From Nitrospinaceae bacterium (lineage in GTDB: Bacteria; Nitrospinota; Nitrospinia; Nitrospinales; VA-1), in NCBI GenBank assembly GCA_029261455.1, contig JAJDBH010000116.1, positions 1,870 through 65,869 on the forward strand: a stretch of DNA of 64,000 nt. The letters are read 5' to 3'. Positions 47,950-58,512 of the stretch are shown in pieces. The notes below the pieces were generated by a model that had not been told where the DNA came from, made no database searches, and saw nothing but the letters and a program-made list of their open reading frames with translations. Within the stretch, counting starts at the first letter, position 1. Each line of letters starts with the position of its first letter. A program made the translations under genes and the position numbers.

Positions 47950-48327
47950 ATGACAAAAATCCTTCTTGTTGAAGATAATGAAATGAACCGAGACATGCTG
48001 TCTCGGCGTTTGGCGCGCAAGGGCTTTGAAGTCCTCATTGCTGTGGATGGGCTGGAGGGAGTGAACATGGCCCGCTCGGAATCGCCTGACTTGATTCTCA
48101 TGGATATGAGTCTGCCTGTGATGGATGGATGGGAAGCCGTCCGCACATTGAAAGATGATCCTGAAACCCAGGCCATCCCAGTTTTAGGTCTTTCGGCGCA
48201 CGCCATGACTCCAGACCGGGATAAGGCTATCAATGCGGGTTGTGATGACTACGATACCAAGCCGGTAGATATCAAACGCTTGTTAGGGAAAATTCAAGCT
48301 TTGTTAGGTCAAGATGATGCCGGCTGA
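47950..48327 (+). CDS. single-domain response regulator (DivK-like)
   Basis: ILLVEDNEMNRDML, LMDMSLPVMDG, SAHAM and GCDDYDTKP. Confidence 0.9.
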   Translation: MTKILLVEDNEMNRDMLSRRLARKGFEVLIAVDGLEGVNMARSESPDLILMDMSLPVMDGWEAVRTLKDDPETQAIPVLGLSAHAMTPDRDKAINAGCDDYDTKPVDIKRLLGKIQALLGQDDAG

Positions 48328-48676
48328 GCAGGAACCTGTTTTGAATAAGCAGGCCGCTTTAGAGCTTTGCGATGATGATGAAGAGCTTTTTCTCGAAATT
48401 GTAGAGGCTTATTTTGAAGATGCCACCGAGCATTCTCGGCAACTTCTTTATGCTCTGGAGGCAGGGGATGCCCACGAGGTGGAAGAAAGGGCGCATGCGC
48501 TAAAAGGAGCGTCCGCTAATATTTGTGCAGGACCGGTCCAAGAGGCCGCGCTCCAATTGGAACGGGCTGGTCGAAACAAAGACCTGACCCAGGCTCCCCA
48601 GCTTTATAAAGTATTCAAAACAGAATTCAAGCGGTTGATGGAATATCTCAAGTCCCTGCTTTCAGGGGGCGGATGA
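48314..48676 (+). CDS. Hpt phosphotransfer protein
   Basis: AHALKGASANI motif. Confidence 0.9.
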   Translation: MMPAEQEPVLNKQAALELCDDDEELFLEIVEAYFEDATEHSRQLLYALEAGDAHEVEERAHALKGASANICAGPVQEAALQLERAGRNKDLTQAPQLYKVFKTEFKRLMEYLKSLLSGGG

Positions 48677-48707
48677 AGCTTTTTCCTTTGATTTTTCCTG
48701 CTGTAAC

Positions 48708-48736
48708 TTGACAACTTGGAAGGAATACAGTATAAA
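48708..48736 (+). promoter_or_regulatory. near-consensus sigma70 promoter of rpsT
   Basis: TTGACA-N17-TATAAA. Confidence 0.8.
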
Positions 48737-48807
48737 ATTCAATTCACTATTATTTGTCGCCCATTATTGGGGACGAGTTTTCAACGCTCAATATAAAGGA
48801 GCAGTTT

Positions 48808-49071
48808 TTGGCTAATCATAAATCTGCATTGAAGCGCAACCGGCAGAACCCGAAAAAAAATGAAAGAAATAAAGGCTTCCGTACTTTGGTCAGGACGTTA
48901 TCTAAAAAAGTACGAACTGAAGCTGAGGCAGGTAACAAAGAGCAGGCCGAAAAAGAATTAAAGGCCGCTGTGAAAATCATTGCCAAGGTTGGTGGTAAAG
49001 GTATTCTCCACGCTCGGGCCGCATCCCGAAAAATTTCCGGTCTCACCCGGTTGGTCAACCGTACTGCTTAA
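48808..49071 (+). CDS. rpsT: 30S ribosomal protein S20
   Basis: TTG start after AAGGAG; ANHKSALKRNRQ...KGILHARAASRKISGL. Confidence 0.95.
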   Translation: MANHKSALKRNRQNPKKNERNKGFRTLVRTLSKKVRTEAEAGNKEQAEKELKAAVKIIAKVGGKGILHARAASRKISGLTRLVNRTA

Positions 49072-49107
49072 CCATTTGATCAATCTCCCCCGCTCAAATC
49101 AAAAGCT

Positions 49108-50103
49108 CTAGTGGCAGAGGTTAAGGATAAGGCTTTGCATCACTGCTAAGGGGTCTTGCGAAGTGGACTTCAAACTTCTGTCGGCTTTGACCAATTCCAA
49201 ATATCCTGTGCGTAGTTGTTGTGTGCTGAACCGGCGAGTATGTTGCAAGGCTTTGTCGACTACATAAGGGTTGGCTCCCATGGCTTTTGCAATCTGACCT
49301 GATGGCAGGTTTTTTCCCTGAAAATGTTTTACCTCCCAGATCATTCGAAACTGCCAGGCAATAGTGCCCAGAATTTTTATGGGTTCTTCCCCGTGGTCAA
49401 TTTGGTTGTTGAGAAGGCGGAGTGCTGCTTCCGGATTTTTTGTTTTTAACGCATCGGTAAGAGCAAAAACATTTTCCATTTTACTTTCCCCCACCACTTC
49501 AGCGACATCCTTTTCTGAGATAGATTTGTTTGCTCCGGCATAGAGGAGTGTTTTTTCTAATTCTTTTGCCAGAATTCCCGGACGAGCCCCCACTCTATTT
49601 ACCAGAAAACGTGCCGCATCAGAGGATAGCGAATAATTGCTTTCTTCAGCACGTTTCCGAAGCCAGTTTGTCAGTTCATTTTCTTTGGGGGCTTCGCAGG
49701 CAACTGCGTTTTTTAACCCTGTCAGTGTTTTAAATATTTTTCTTTTGCGGTCCACCTTGTTGGAGGCAATGACCAAACAAGCTTCAGGAATAGGGGACTG
49801 TGCATAGTCAATGAGAGCTTGAGCCTCCTTGTCTTGAGGAATGGCTTCTTGCAGGTTGCGCACTATCACCAGTTTTACTCCACCCAGAAAAGACAGGGTT
49901 TTTACAGACCCCAGCCAGTGGTTCACCGTGCTTTCACGGGCATCGAAGTTTTCCAGATTGAAATCCCGGTTATCATCGGTGATCACTTGTTGAATCAAAG
50001 CTTGAATGATTTCAGCCTGGTAAAAAATTTCAGGACCGTAGAGAAAATAGAAAGGTTCTATTTGGCCTTTGGAAATTTTCTGAATTAAATTGTCAGGGGT
50101 CAC
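49108..50103 (-). CDS. holA: DNA polymerase III subunit delta
   Basis: YFLYGPE, DFNLENF, ELEK and VFALTDA; leuS-lptE-holA order. Confidence 0.9.
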   Translation of the reverse strand: MTPDNLIQKISKGQIEPFYFLYGPEIFYQAEIIQALIQQVITDDNRDFNLENFDARESTVNHWLGSVKTLSFLGGVKLVIVRNLQEAIPQDKEAQALIDYAQSPIPEACLVIASNKVDRKRKIFKTLTGLKNAVACEAPKENELTNWLRKRAEESNYSLSSDAARFLVNRVGARPGILAKELEKTLLYAGANKSISEKDVAEVVGESKMENVFALTDALKTKNPEAALRLLNNQIDHGEEPIKILGTIAWQFRMIWEVKHFQGKNLPSGQIAKAMGANPYVVDKALQHTRRFSTQQLRTGYLELVKADRSLKSTSQDPLAVMQSLILNLCH

Positions 50104-50117
50104 GATGGAGTAAAAAG

Positions 50118-50630
50118 TTAAAACTGGTTAATGAGCAGGCTCACTAATCGGTTGCCCAGTACTCGATAAGCCTCTTCTAGGGCAGCTAACCGGGCCGACT
50201 CGTTGTTAACAATATCTGTACTGGCTGTGTAGTTCCATTCGGTTTTTAAATTTTGTTTCAGGTAGGGTTTGTTGTTCACTTTGTCGATCACTTCAACATC
50301 CACCCCCAAGACTATAATATAACCCGTGGCAAAATTGTCGGAAGTGAACGAGACAGTCTTCAATTCATAGTAAAGTAAGTTTCCCTTCATCACCATGTCG
50401 GCCTGACCCTTCCGGACAATCTTTACTCTTCCATCCGTAATGTAGGAATCAATAATGGCACTTGTTAATTCCCGATGAATTTCCGGTTGGGAAGAGCTAT
50501 TGGTGAACACGGGTATGGAAAGAGTTTTTAAATGATCCGGTAGGGTAGAACCTGTCCCTATAAGATGATACCCACACCCATTGAGGAGTAAAGAGATCAA
50601 TAGCCATAATTTGAAAGACAAAATTTTCAT
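50118..50630 (-). CDS. lptE: LPS assembly lipoprotein LptE
   Basis: Lipobox LNGC-GYH; lies between leuS and holA. Confidence 0.85.
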   Translation of the reverse strand: MKILSFKLWLLISLLLNGCGYHLIGTGSTLPDHLKTLSIPVFTNSSSQPEIHRELTSAIIDSYITDGRVKIVRKGQADMVMKGNLLYYELKTVSFTSDNFATGYIIVLGVDVEVIDKVNNKPYLKQNLKTEWNYTASTDIVNNESARLAALEEAYRVLGNRLVSLLINQF

Positions 50631-53134
50631 TGGATAACGATGTTCACAAGTTTTTTGGGGATGACGATAACTTTTTTGATTTCTTTACCCTGAGTCCACT
50701 CCTGGATTTTAGGATCCTCCAGAGACCGGGTTTTTAACTCGTCTTCGCTTATGTTAGATGCAACCGAAATTTTCTGTCTCACCTTACCATTGACTTGGAG
50801 GACGATCAATATTTCATCAGTTTGCGTCAAAGCCTCGTTATATTGGGGCCAAGTCCACTGGCCGAGAGTTTTAGTGAGTCCCATTTCAGACGCCATCTCC
50901 TCGGCAATGTGCGGAGCGAAAGGTGATAATGTCAGGATTAATGTTTCCAGAGCTTCCCGCATGGCCATTCGCGCTGATTCATCTCGGTTGTTTTCCCACC
51001 ATTCCTTGAAGCTGAAGAGATGGTTGACCAGTTCCATAATCGCGGCAATGGCCGTATTGAATTGTACTCTTGTTTCAATGTCATCGGTCACTCGTCGGAT
51101 GGTGATATGAGTCATTCTCCGAAGAGCTTTAATTTCTGGAATCGTGGTTGTGAAAGACTCATCCGGTAATGTCACTGTTTTGGTTTCTTCGGTGAATTCG
51201 CTAAAAATGCGCCACACTCTTTTTAAAAACCGCGAGCACCCTTCCACGCCTTGATCGCTCCACTCCAGATCTTTCACAGGTGGGGCAGCAAAGAGAATAA
51301 AGATTCGGGCCGTGTCGGCACCGTAGTTGTTGATGATTTCGTCAGGGTCCACGACATTACCCTTAGACTTGGACATCTTTGCTCCATCCTTAATCACCAT
51401 TCCTTGTGTCAGCAGGTGATCAAAAGGCTCGAGTGCTTGAGTCAAACCAAGATCGTTCAGCACCAGATTGAAGAATCGGGAATAAAGTAGATGCAATATG
51501 GCGTGCTCAATACCACCAACATATTGATCGACCGGCATCCAGTAATTGCTATTCTCCTTACTGAAGGGGGCTTCTTCCATTCGAGGTGATGTGTAGCGAT
51601 CAAAATACCAGGAAGAGCAAAGAAAAGTATCGAGCGTGTCGGTATCACGTCGGGCATCGGCTCCGCATTTCGGGCAGGATGCTTTATAGAAAGACTCCAA
51701 GGTGTGCAAAGGAGACTGACCGTTTTCCCCCAATTGGGCGTCGAGAGGCAATTCGACCGGCAATTGACTTTCAGGGACGGGTACGATTCCGCAATTTGAA
51801 CAATGGATGACGGGAATAGGCGTTCCCCAATAACGTTGCCGGGAGACTCCCCAATCGCGAAGCCGGTAATTGATCGTAGCTTTTCCGATGCCTTCTTTTT
51901 CCAGATGCTGGCAAACTGCTTTGCGGGCTTCCTGACCGATTAGTCCATCGAAAGAAGCGGAATTTACCATTGCACCATCCGCTGTGAATGCTTGAGTGTC
52001 TGCATCAACCGGACCGGATTCAGGGTGGATGACCACTCGGACAGGTAAATCATATTTGCGGGCAAAATCGAGATCCCGCTGATCGTGAGCGGGCACAGAC
52101 ATGATCGCGCCGGTTCCATATTCCATGAGTACAAAGTTGGCCGTCCATACTGGAATGGATTCTCCAGTCAAGGGGTTCACGGCATAAGCACCGGTGAATA
52201 CACCTTCTTTTTCGCCGCCCTCACTGGTTCGGGCTATGGTGTCTTGTACTTTTACTTTTTTCACAAAAGCGTCAATAGCTTTTTCTTGTTCGGTTCCGCG
52301 TGAAAGTTTCTCGGTGAGTGGGTGTTCGGGAGCCAGCACCATGAACATGGCTCCATATAAGGTGTCGGGGCGGGTGGTAAACACCTTAATAACTTCGTCA
52401 CTTTGCTGGACTTTAAAGTCCACTTCAGCGCCAAAACTTTTGCCAATCCAATTGGTTTGCATGGTCAGCACTTGTTCCGGCCATTTTCCCGCAAGGGATT
52501 TACAACCTTCCAAGAGTCGGTCAGCATAGTCGGTGATTTTGAAGAACCATCCTTCTTGCTGTTTTTGCAGGACTTCGTTATCGCATCTCCAACAACAGCC
52601 ATCGACAACCTGTTCGTTGGCGAGCACTGTTTGGCAGTCTTCACACCAGTTGATGGTCGAGTTTTTTCGGTAGGCGATGCCTTTTTCCAGGAACTTTAGA
52701 AAAAACCATTGATTCCATTTATAATAGCCGGGGTGGCAAGTTGCGATTTCTCGGTCCCAGTCGTAGCTGAGTCCCAACGCCTTAATCTGCTTGCGCATGG
52801 TGCGAATATTTTCAAACGTCCATTCTGCGGGATGGGTCTTGTTTTTAATGGCGGCGTTCTCAGCCGGCATTCCAAATGCGTCCCAACCCAGCGGATGCAG
52901 TACGTTATAGCCTTGCATGCGTTTGAATCGGGCCAGCGCATCACCGATGGTATAGTTGCGCACATGACCCATGTGGATTCTTCCAGATGGATAAGGAAAC
53001 ATTTCCAGTAGATAATATTTTTCTTTGGAAGAGTCTAACTCGACTTTAAACGACTTATTTTCTTCCCAGTAAGCCTGCCATTTGGCTTCGATGGAATTGG
53101 GTTCGTAGGGGTTCATAGGTTGAGCATTATCCAT
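50627..53134 (-). CDS. leuS: leucine--tRNA ligase
   Basis: MFPYPSGRIHMGH, TTRPDT and KMSKS. Confidence 0.97.
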   Translation of the reverse strand: MDNAQPMNPYEPNSIEAKWQAYWEENKSFKVELDSSKEKYYLLEMFPYPSGRIHMGHVRNYTIGDALARFKRMQGYNVLHPLGWDAFGMPAENAAIKNKTHPAEWTFENIRTMRKQIKALGLSYDWDREIATCHPGYYKWNQWFFLKFLEKGIAYRKNSTINWCEDCQTVLANEQVVDGCCWRCDNEVLQKQQEGWFFKITDYADRLLEGCKSLAGKWPEQVLTMQTNWIGKSFGAEVDFKVQQSDEVIKVFTTRPDTLYGAMFMVLAPEHPLTEKLSRGTEQEKAIDAFVKKVKVQDTIARTSEGGEKEGVFTGAYAVNPLTGESIPVWTANFVLMEYGTGAIMSVPAHDQRDLDFARKYDLPVRVVIHPESGPVDADTQAFTADGAMVNSASFDGLIGQEARKAVCQHLEKEGIGKATINYRLRDWGVSRQRYWGTPIPVIHCSNCGIVPVPESQLPVELPLDAQLGENGQSPLHTLESFYKASCPKCGADARRDTDTLDTFLCSSWYFDRYTSPRMEEAPFSKENSNYWMPVDQYVGGIEHAILHLLYSRFFNLVLNDLGLTQALEPFDHLLTQGMVIKDGAKMSKSKGNVVDPDEIINNYGADTARIFILFAAPPVKDLEWSDQGVEGCSRFLKRVWRIFSEFTEETKTVTLPDESFTTTIPEIKALRRMTHITIRRVTDDIETRVQFNTAIAAIMELVNHLFSFKEWWENNRDESARMAMREALETLILTLSPFAPHIAEEMASEMGLTKTLGQWTWPQYNEALTQTDEILIVLQVNGKVRQKISVASNISEDELKTRSLEDPKIQEWTQGKEIKKVIVIPKKLVNIVIQ

Positions 53135-53235
53135 AGAAAAAGGTTAAATCAAATTAAAGAGTACAAATTTTAACATAAAGCCGATGACAAAACATTTGCT
53201 AGTAAACCATTACACGTTGGCTAAAGCCTAATGAT

Positions 53236-54657
53236 ATGACAGAACTTTCGGGAACTATTGCGATTGTTTTCACTTTTTATGTGCTGGCCATGCTGGGTAT
53301 AGGAGTGTGGACATCTCGGGTGACCCGTTCACCTTTGGATTTTTTTCTCGCTGACCGGTCGTTGAAGGCCTGGGTGACGGCTATTTCTTCTACTGCAAGT
53401 TCCGAAAGCGCATGGGCCGTGTTGGGGACCGTGGGCTTGGCTTATAAGGAAGGTTTGTCTGCAATATGGTTTCTGCCCGGTTGCCTATTGGGCTATCTGG
53501 TTAATTGGTTATTCATTGCCGAGCGACTGCGCAAACATTCTGAAGAGAATCAGGCCATCACCTTACCAGATTATTTTGAAAACCATTTTGGTGACAAGAG
53601 TCATGTCTTGCGTATGATTTCGGTGGTGATTATTTTTTCCTGCATGATGGCTTATGTAGCGGCACAGTTTACGGCCATCGGAAAAACTTTCGACGCTATT
53701 TTTGGCATTCCTCATATTATTAGTATTTCTGTGGGCGGGGCGATTGTGCTCGTTTATACCATGATGGGCGGAGTGCGCGCTGTAGCCTGGACCGACTTTG
53801 CGCAAGGAATCATTATGGTGTTGGGACTGGTTATTCTTTCGCTGGTGGCTCTGACCAGTTTGGGTGGTTTTTCGGGAATGATAGCGGAAGTGGGAAAAGT
53901 ATCTCCTGAAACATTACAGTGGATGGGAGGAAAATCCACAGCGGTTTTTTTTGGTTCTACGGTGGGTTTGTTGGGGATTGGACTTGGCTACCCCGGCCAA
54001 CCGCATGTCGTTACCCGATACATGGCGGCGAAAAATACAGAGACCATTGAAAAAGGAACATGGATTGCTTTAGGCTGGGGGCTGATGGTTTATTCTTCTT
54101 CCATTCTGTTGGGCATTTGTGGGCAGGCTCTTTTTCCGGGTCTGGAAGACCCCGAACACCTGTTCCCCAAAGCGGCGGAACAATTATTGCCGACCTTGTT
54201 GACGGCGGTGGTTCTGACAGGAGTGTTGGCTGCCATCATGTCCACGGTGTCGGCACAGATTCTGGTTGCCGCCTCGGCAGTGGCTCATGATGTCTATTCC
54301 AAAATGCTTAAGAAAACTTTATCGCATGAGACGATTCTCAGGGTCAGCCGGATAACGGTGTTGGTGCTGGGGCTGGGGGCTATGTTTATTGCTCTGGGAG
54401 AAACACGGGTGATTTTCTGGTTCGTGTTATTTGCCTGGTCGGGACTGGGAGCAAGTTTTGGTCCACTGATTTTGTTCACTCTGTATTCGAAAGATATAAC
54501 CCGGCAGGGAGCCATAGCAGGAATGCTGACCGGATTTTTAACAACTCTGATCTGGAAAGTTACAGGACTGTCAGATACCTTGGTTTATGAACTGGTTCCG
54601 GCTTTTTTTGTCGCCACCCTGTCCATTTATTTTGTCAGCAAAATAACTTCTAAATGA
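53236..54657 (+). CDS. putP: sodium/proline (SSS family) symporter
   Basis: About 13 TMs; GYPGQPH..RYMA, AAIMST and AWSGLGASFGP. Confidence 0.8.
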   Translation: MTELSGTIAIVFTFYVLAMLGIGVWTSRVTRSPLDFFLADRSLKAWVTAISSTASSESAWAVLGTVGLAYKEGLSAIWFLPGCLLGYLVNWLFIAERLRKHSEENQAITLPDYFENHFGDKSHVLRMISVVIIFSCMMAYVAAQFTAIGKTFDAIFGIPHIISISVGGAIVLVYTMMGGVRAVAWTDFAQGIIMVLGLVILSLVALTSLGGFSGMIAEVGKVSPETLQWMGGKSTAVFFGSTVGLLGIGLGYPGQPHVVTRYMAAKNTETIEKGTWIALGWGLMVYSSSILLGICGQALFPGLEDPEHLFPKAAEQLLPTLLTAVVLTGVLAAIMSTVSAQILVAASAVAHDVYSKMLKKTLSHETILRVSRITVLVLGLGAMFIALGETRVIFWFVLFAWSGLGASFGPLILFTLYSKDITRQGAIAGMLTGFLTTLIWKVTGLSDTLVYELVPAFFVATLSIYFVSKITSK

Positions 54658-54702
54658 TCATCTAGGTGATACGTTCAAATTGATTCTCGTGACTGACTGG
54701 CA

Positions 54703-55953
54703 TTAAGTTTTTTTAGCAAGTGGCAATTCGACATAAAAATGGCTCCCTTCACCTGGCTTGCTGCTCAGGCCGATAGTTCCTCCCATCAATTCGATCAACT
54801 CCTTGGTTACCGTGAGGCCGATGCCTGTCCCATCTACATCCGAATATTCTTTTCCTAATCGAACAAAAGGCTCAAATAGTTTGGTCTGGTCTTCAGCGGT
54901 TATTCCAAGACCGGTATCTATAACATCGACCTGAATGCTTTCTCGATTTAATGGTTTGCAAGCCACAGTGACGGAACCATCTTTGCGGTTATATTTGATG
55001 GCATTGGAGACAAGATTATAAAGAATCTGCCGCAAGCGCAGTTTATCAGCCCAGGCTGTCATGTTGATGGAAGAGTCCAACACTATGGACAGATGTATTT
55101 CGTATTCCTCAGCTATGGGTTGTAAGATAGCTTTCATTTCCTTTATCAAGGTGAAGACATTTACAGGCTCAAGGTTTAGGGTCATATTTCCCGATTCCAC
55201 CTTGGCAAGATCGAGAACTTCACTGATGAGTTCGAGAAGGTGATTTCCAGCAGTTAAGATATGATCAAGTTGTTCTTGTTGAAGCGGGGTTAAATTATTT
55301 TCAGTATCTATTTTTAATAATTGCGTAAAACCCAGCACGGCGTTCATGGGGGTTCTCAACTCATGGCTCATTTTTGCGAGAAAATCAGACTTGGCGTGGT
55401 TCGCCTTTTCAGCCTCGTCTTTGGCATGTAGCAAAGCTTCCTCGGCTTTTTTCTTCTCGGTAATATTTTGCGCATAAACGTTCACGCAGTCTTTGTCTTG
55501 AACATGGTTGATAACGAAAGAATAAAACTGGCCTGAAACCCGGCATTCCACTTCCAGGGATTTTTGAAGCTCAAAGACACATGAGATATTCTTAGAAAAC
55601 ATTTCAGGGAGGACTCGGCCCACTCCCGTTTCCCATTTATCCAGTATGTATTTGCTGGCTAGGTTTGCATAAAGAATTTTGCCTTCTCCGGAGATCCTGA
55701 AAATCGGATTGGGATTTTCGTTGGGAAAGCTAGTCAGGTTTTGATTCTGCTTTTCCAGTTTTTCCAACACAGCAATTTCTTTCAGAAGTTGGTGATTATA
55801 CTCTTCCAGTTCTCTAGTGCGAATCCTCACCTGTTTTTCTAAATCTTCATGTATTGATATTAGAGCTTCTTCTCCAATGTTGTGGCCAGAAGGAAATATT
55901 TTTTTAAAGTCTTCGAAATCTTGCATAGTCGTTTTAATTTTGGTGGAGAACAT
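54703..55953 (-). CDS. cytoplasmic PAS sensor histidine kinase
   Basis: FPNENPNPIFRI PAS; MSHELRTPMN, NLVSNAIKYN and GTGIGL. Confidence 0.9.
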   Translation of the reverse strand: MFSTKIKTTMQDFEDFKKIFPSGHNIGEEALISIHEDLEKQVRIRTRELEEYNHQLLKEIAVLEKLEKQNQNLTSFPNENPNPIFRISGEGKILYANLASKYILDKWETGVGRVLPEMFSKNISCVFELQKSLEVECRVSGQFYSFVINHVQDKDCVNVYAQNITEKKKAEEALLHAKDEAEKANHAKSDFLAKMSHELRTPMNAVLGFTQLLKIDTENNLTPLQQEQLDHILTAGNHLLELISEVLDLAKVESGNMTLNLEPVNVFTLIKEMKAILQPIAEEYEIHLSIVLDSSINMTAWADKLRLRQILYNLVSNAIKYNRKDGSVTVACKPLNRESIQVDVIDTGLGITAEDQTKLFEPFVRLGKEYSDVDGTGIGLTVTKELIELMGGTIGLSSKPGEGSHFYVELPLAKKT

Positions 55954-56115
55954 AACTCGTAATCAAATTATAGTGAGACCTTAAAGAGGCATCCCTATAT
56001 TAGGGTAAAGTATGTGCTTTCATTATTCTAGTAAACGTACAGAGATAGGACGGAATTCCAAAAATTTAAAATAATGAAAGCTATTTGTAAATAATAATAG
56101 GCAAACGCGGTGGGT

Positions 56116-58329
56116 TCAAGCTAGATATCTATTTACTGTATCCAAAAAAGATTTGATTTCGATAGGCTTGGAAATGTATTCGGTGAAACCAGCGGACAGG
56201 CCTTTTTTAATATCCGATGCCATGCTATCGGCACTCAACGCGATGACAGGAATGGCATCAATAGACGGATCTGTCTTGATAATATTTAAAGCCTCATAAC
56301 CGTCTATTCCTGGTAAATTGATATCCATTAAAATCAAATCTGGTTTGTGAGCTTTTGTCAGTTCGATCCCCAAACTTGCATCAGGGGCTTGTAAAAGTTT
56401 GACGTTGTGGCGGGACAAAATGGCCGCGACCAACTCCATATTCGCAGGGTTATCTTCAACATAGAGAATTGTGAAATATTTTTCCTGATTTTTATGGCTG
56501 GGCAACTCCGGCCAAACGGCTAGCTCTGAATTTTTGGGAGAGGGGAGGTTTTTGCCGGTAGGAAGGGTTATGGAAAAGCAACTTCCCTGCCCTTCTTCAC
56601 TTTCAACATTGAGGGTCCCTTTCATTAGTAGAACTAGTTTTTGGGAAATGGTTAATCCAATACCGGTACCTTCTATAGCATCAATACCAGAGTCAACTCG
56701 CTGGAAGGGTTTGAAGATACTTTCTATGTTGTCTGGGTGGATTCCGATTCCAGTATCCTGAATGCTGATTTGAACTTCATGGTCATTTGATTTTTTACAG
56801 GTGAGGGAAATACTACCTCCATAGCAATTATATTTGATAGCGTTATGCATTAAGTTCAGCAAAACTTGTTTTAGCCGAACTCGATCGGCTGTGACAACCA
56901 GCTCGGGGGCACCTGGTGGCAATGCATTGACACTCAGGTTTTTTGCATCCAATAGGGGTTTAAGTAATTCAAGCACTTCAGAAATTAAGGGGTATGTGTG
57001 AACCTCTTCGATAGAGAGTGATATTTTTCCTGACTCGATTTTGGACAGGTCGAGAATTTCGTTTATGAGTTCCAGCAAATGTTCTCCGGCCTTCAAAATA
57101 TGTCGAACATTGTTTTGCTGGACGGGTTTTAAAGGGTTCTCCTGATCCATCTCCAGCAATTGGCTGAAACCCAGAATGGCGTTCATCGGTGTTCGGAGTT
57201 CATGGCTCATACGTGTTAGGAATTCAGACTTTGCCCGGTTTGATTTTTCCGCTTCTACCTTGGCCAGAATGGCTTCTTTCTTGGCGTTTTCCTGTTCAGT
57301 GATATCAAGCGCCATTTCCATCACTAATGAGCTGCCATCAATATCTGTGAAAGGAGTGCAAACGGTGAAATAAGTTCGCCCATCCTTCGCACTCCAGATG
57401 GTAGTTTCATTTTCGCCATGATCAAAAACCTTGAAAGTGGTGCAAACCTCACAGGGTTGAGTCCGTTTATGCATCAAGTCATGGCAAAGCCGTTCTTGAG
57501 GGTCTCCGAATTTTTCACGAAAAACTTTGTTGGCGAATGGCACGGTATAATCTGATGCCTGCAAATGAAACGCAATGGGAAGTGAATCGAGCATTTGGTA
57601 TAGGTTCTGTCGCTCTTGATGAATTTTTTTCTGGGCCCTTTCCTTTTCTGCAATTTCGATTTGGAGGGCTTTGTTTGCCAATTCCAACTCATTTTTGGCA
57701 ATGGCTTTGGATAAAGAAACTCCTAATCCAATTGACAAAAATAATGATATGAATGCAATTGCATAAATTGTTTTCTCGTAACGGCTGATCCTTTCCAGTG
57801 CGGTTCGATGGAGGTACTCCATTTCTTCTTTTTGGATTTCAATAGCTTTATTCAAAGCAGTTGTAACAAAATCAACACTTTCTTCGTATTGTTGAAAAAC
57901 CTGGCTGGAAACGGTGCCAGTTTTCTCGTATTCCTCAAACATGGTTTTGGCCTGTTTGACCAAAACAATGTGTTCTGCAATTATCTTTTCATATAGAACT
58001 CTTTCTTCTTCTTCTCTGAATTCACCCAGCGCGTTAATGGTTTGCTCGGCAATGGGAAAGAACCTTTCTGGATTTTGTATAAAATGCTCCTCCCATTGCA
58101 AAAATTCTTCTTTTTCATGGGTGTCACCGGAAACCACATAAGCGAAACTTTCTTCTACCGCAGCTTTGAATTTTGTGTGTAGAGACTGTATGGAATGAAG
58201 TCCCTCCGAGCGGAATCCGCCGATTTCCTTCAATTCGTTTTCTAAGGGGCGGACACTCAGGAAGATTGCGGTAATTATGAAAATGCTCAATACCGCAAAG
58301 CTTAAAGTAATTCGTGTTCCTACTTTCAT
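56116..58329 (-). CDS. membrane hybrid histidine kinase (periplasmic helical sensor, PAS, HisKA, HATPase, REC)
   Basis: Two TMs; MSHELRTPMN and GTGIGL; receiver YVEDN..LMDINLPGIDG..SKP. Confidence 0.9.
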   Translation of the reverse strand: MKVGTRITLSFAVLSIFIITAIFLSVRPLENELKEIGGFRSEGLHSIQSLHTKFKAAVEESFAYVVSGDTHEKEEFLQWEEHFIQNPERFFPIAEQTINALGEFREEEERVLYEKIIAEHIVLVKQAKTMFEEYEKTGTVSSQVFQQYEESVDFVTTALNKAIEIQKEEMEYLHRTALERISRYEKTIYAIAFISLFLSIGLGVSLSKAIAKNELELANKALQIEIAEKERAQKKIHQERQNLYQMLDSLPIAFHLQASDYTVPFANKVFREKFGDPQERLCHDLMHKRTQPCEVCTTFKVFDHGENETTIWSAKDGRTYFTVCTPFTDIDGSSLVMEMALDITEQENAKKEAILAKVEAEKSNRAKSEFLTRMSHELRTPMNAILGFSQLLEMDQENPLKPVQQNNVRHILKAGEHLLELINEILDLSKIESGKISLSIEEVHTYPLISEVLELLKPLLDAKNLSVNALPPGAPELVVTADRVRLKQVLLNLMHNAIKYNCYGGSISLTCKKSNDHEVQISIQDTGIGIHPDNIESIFKPFQRVDSGIDAIEGTGIGLTISQKLVLLMKGTLNVESEEGQGSCFSITLPTGKNLPSPKNSELAVWPELPSHKNQEKYFTILYVEDNPANMELVAAILSRHNVKLLQAPDASLGIELTKAHKPDLILMDINLPGIDGYEALNIIKTDPSIDAIPVIALSADSMASDIKKGLSAGFTEYISKPIEIKSFLDTVNRYLA

Positions 58330-58512
58330 AAACCGAGATGCCCTATATGAATATTAAAATAATTAGCAGAATTTAACTCTGATGAAGGAGAACTATTATT
58401 TGTGCTTGGTTTCATTTTTTTCGCGTTAAAAATGGGGACTTATTATTTTGAGATTGTTTACACAGTCTAAAGGTTTTTAGAGGGGCGGAGTTTTTTTTAT
58501 TGGTTGGGGGGA

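Noticed and set aside
48808-48810. TTG start codon of rpsT
   Set aside because: UUG initiation of rpsT is already known (e.g. E. coli) and is not novel.
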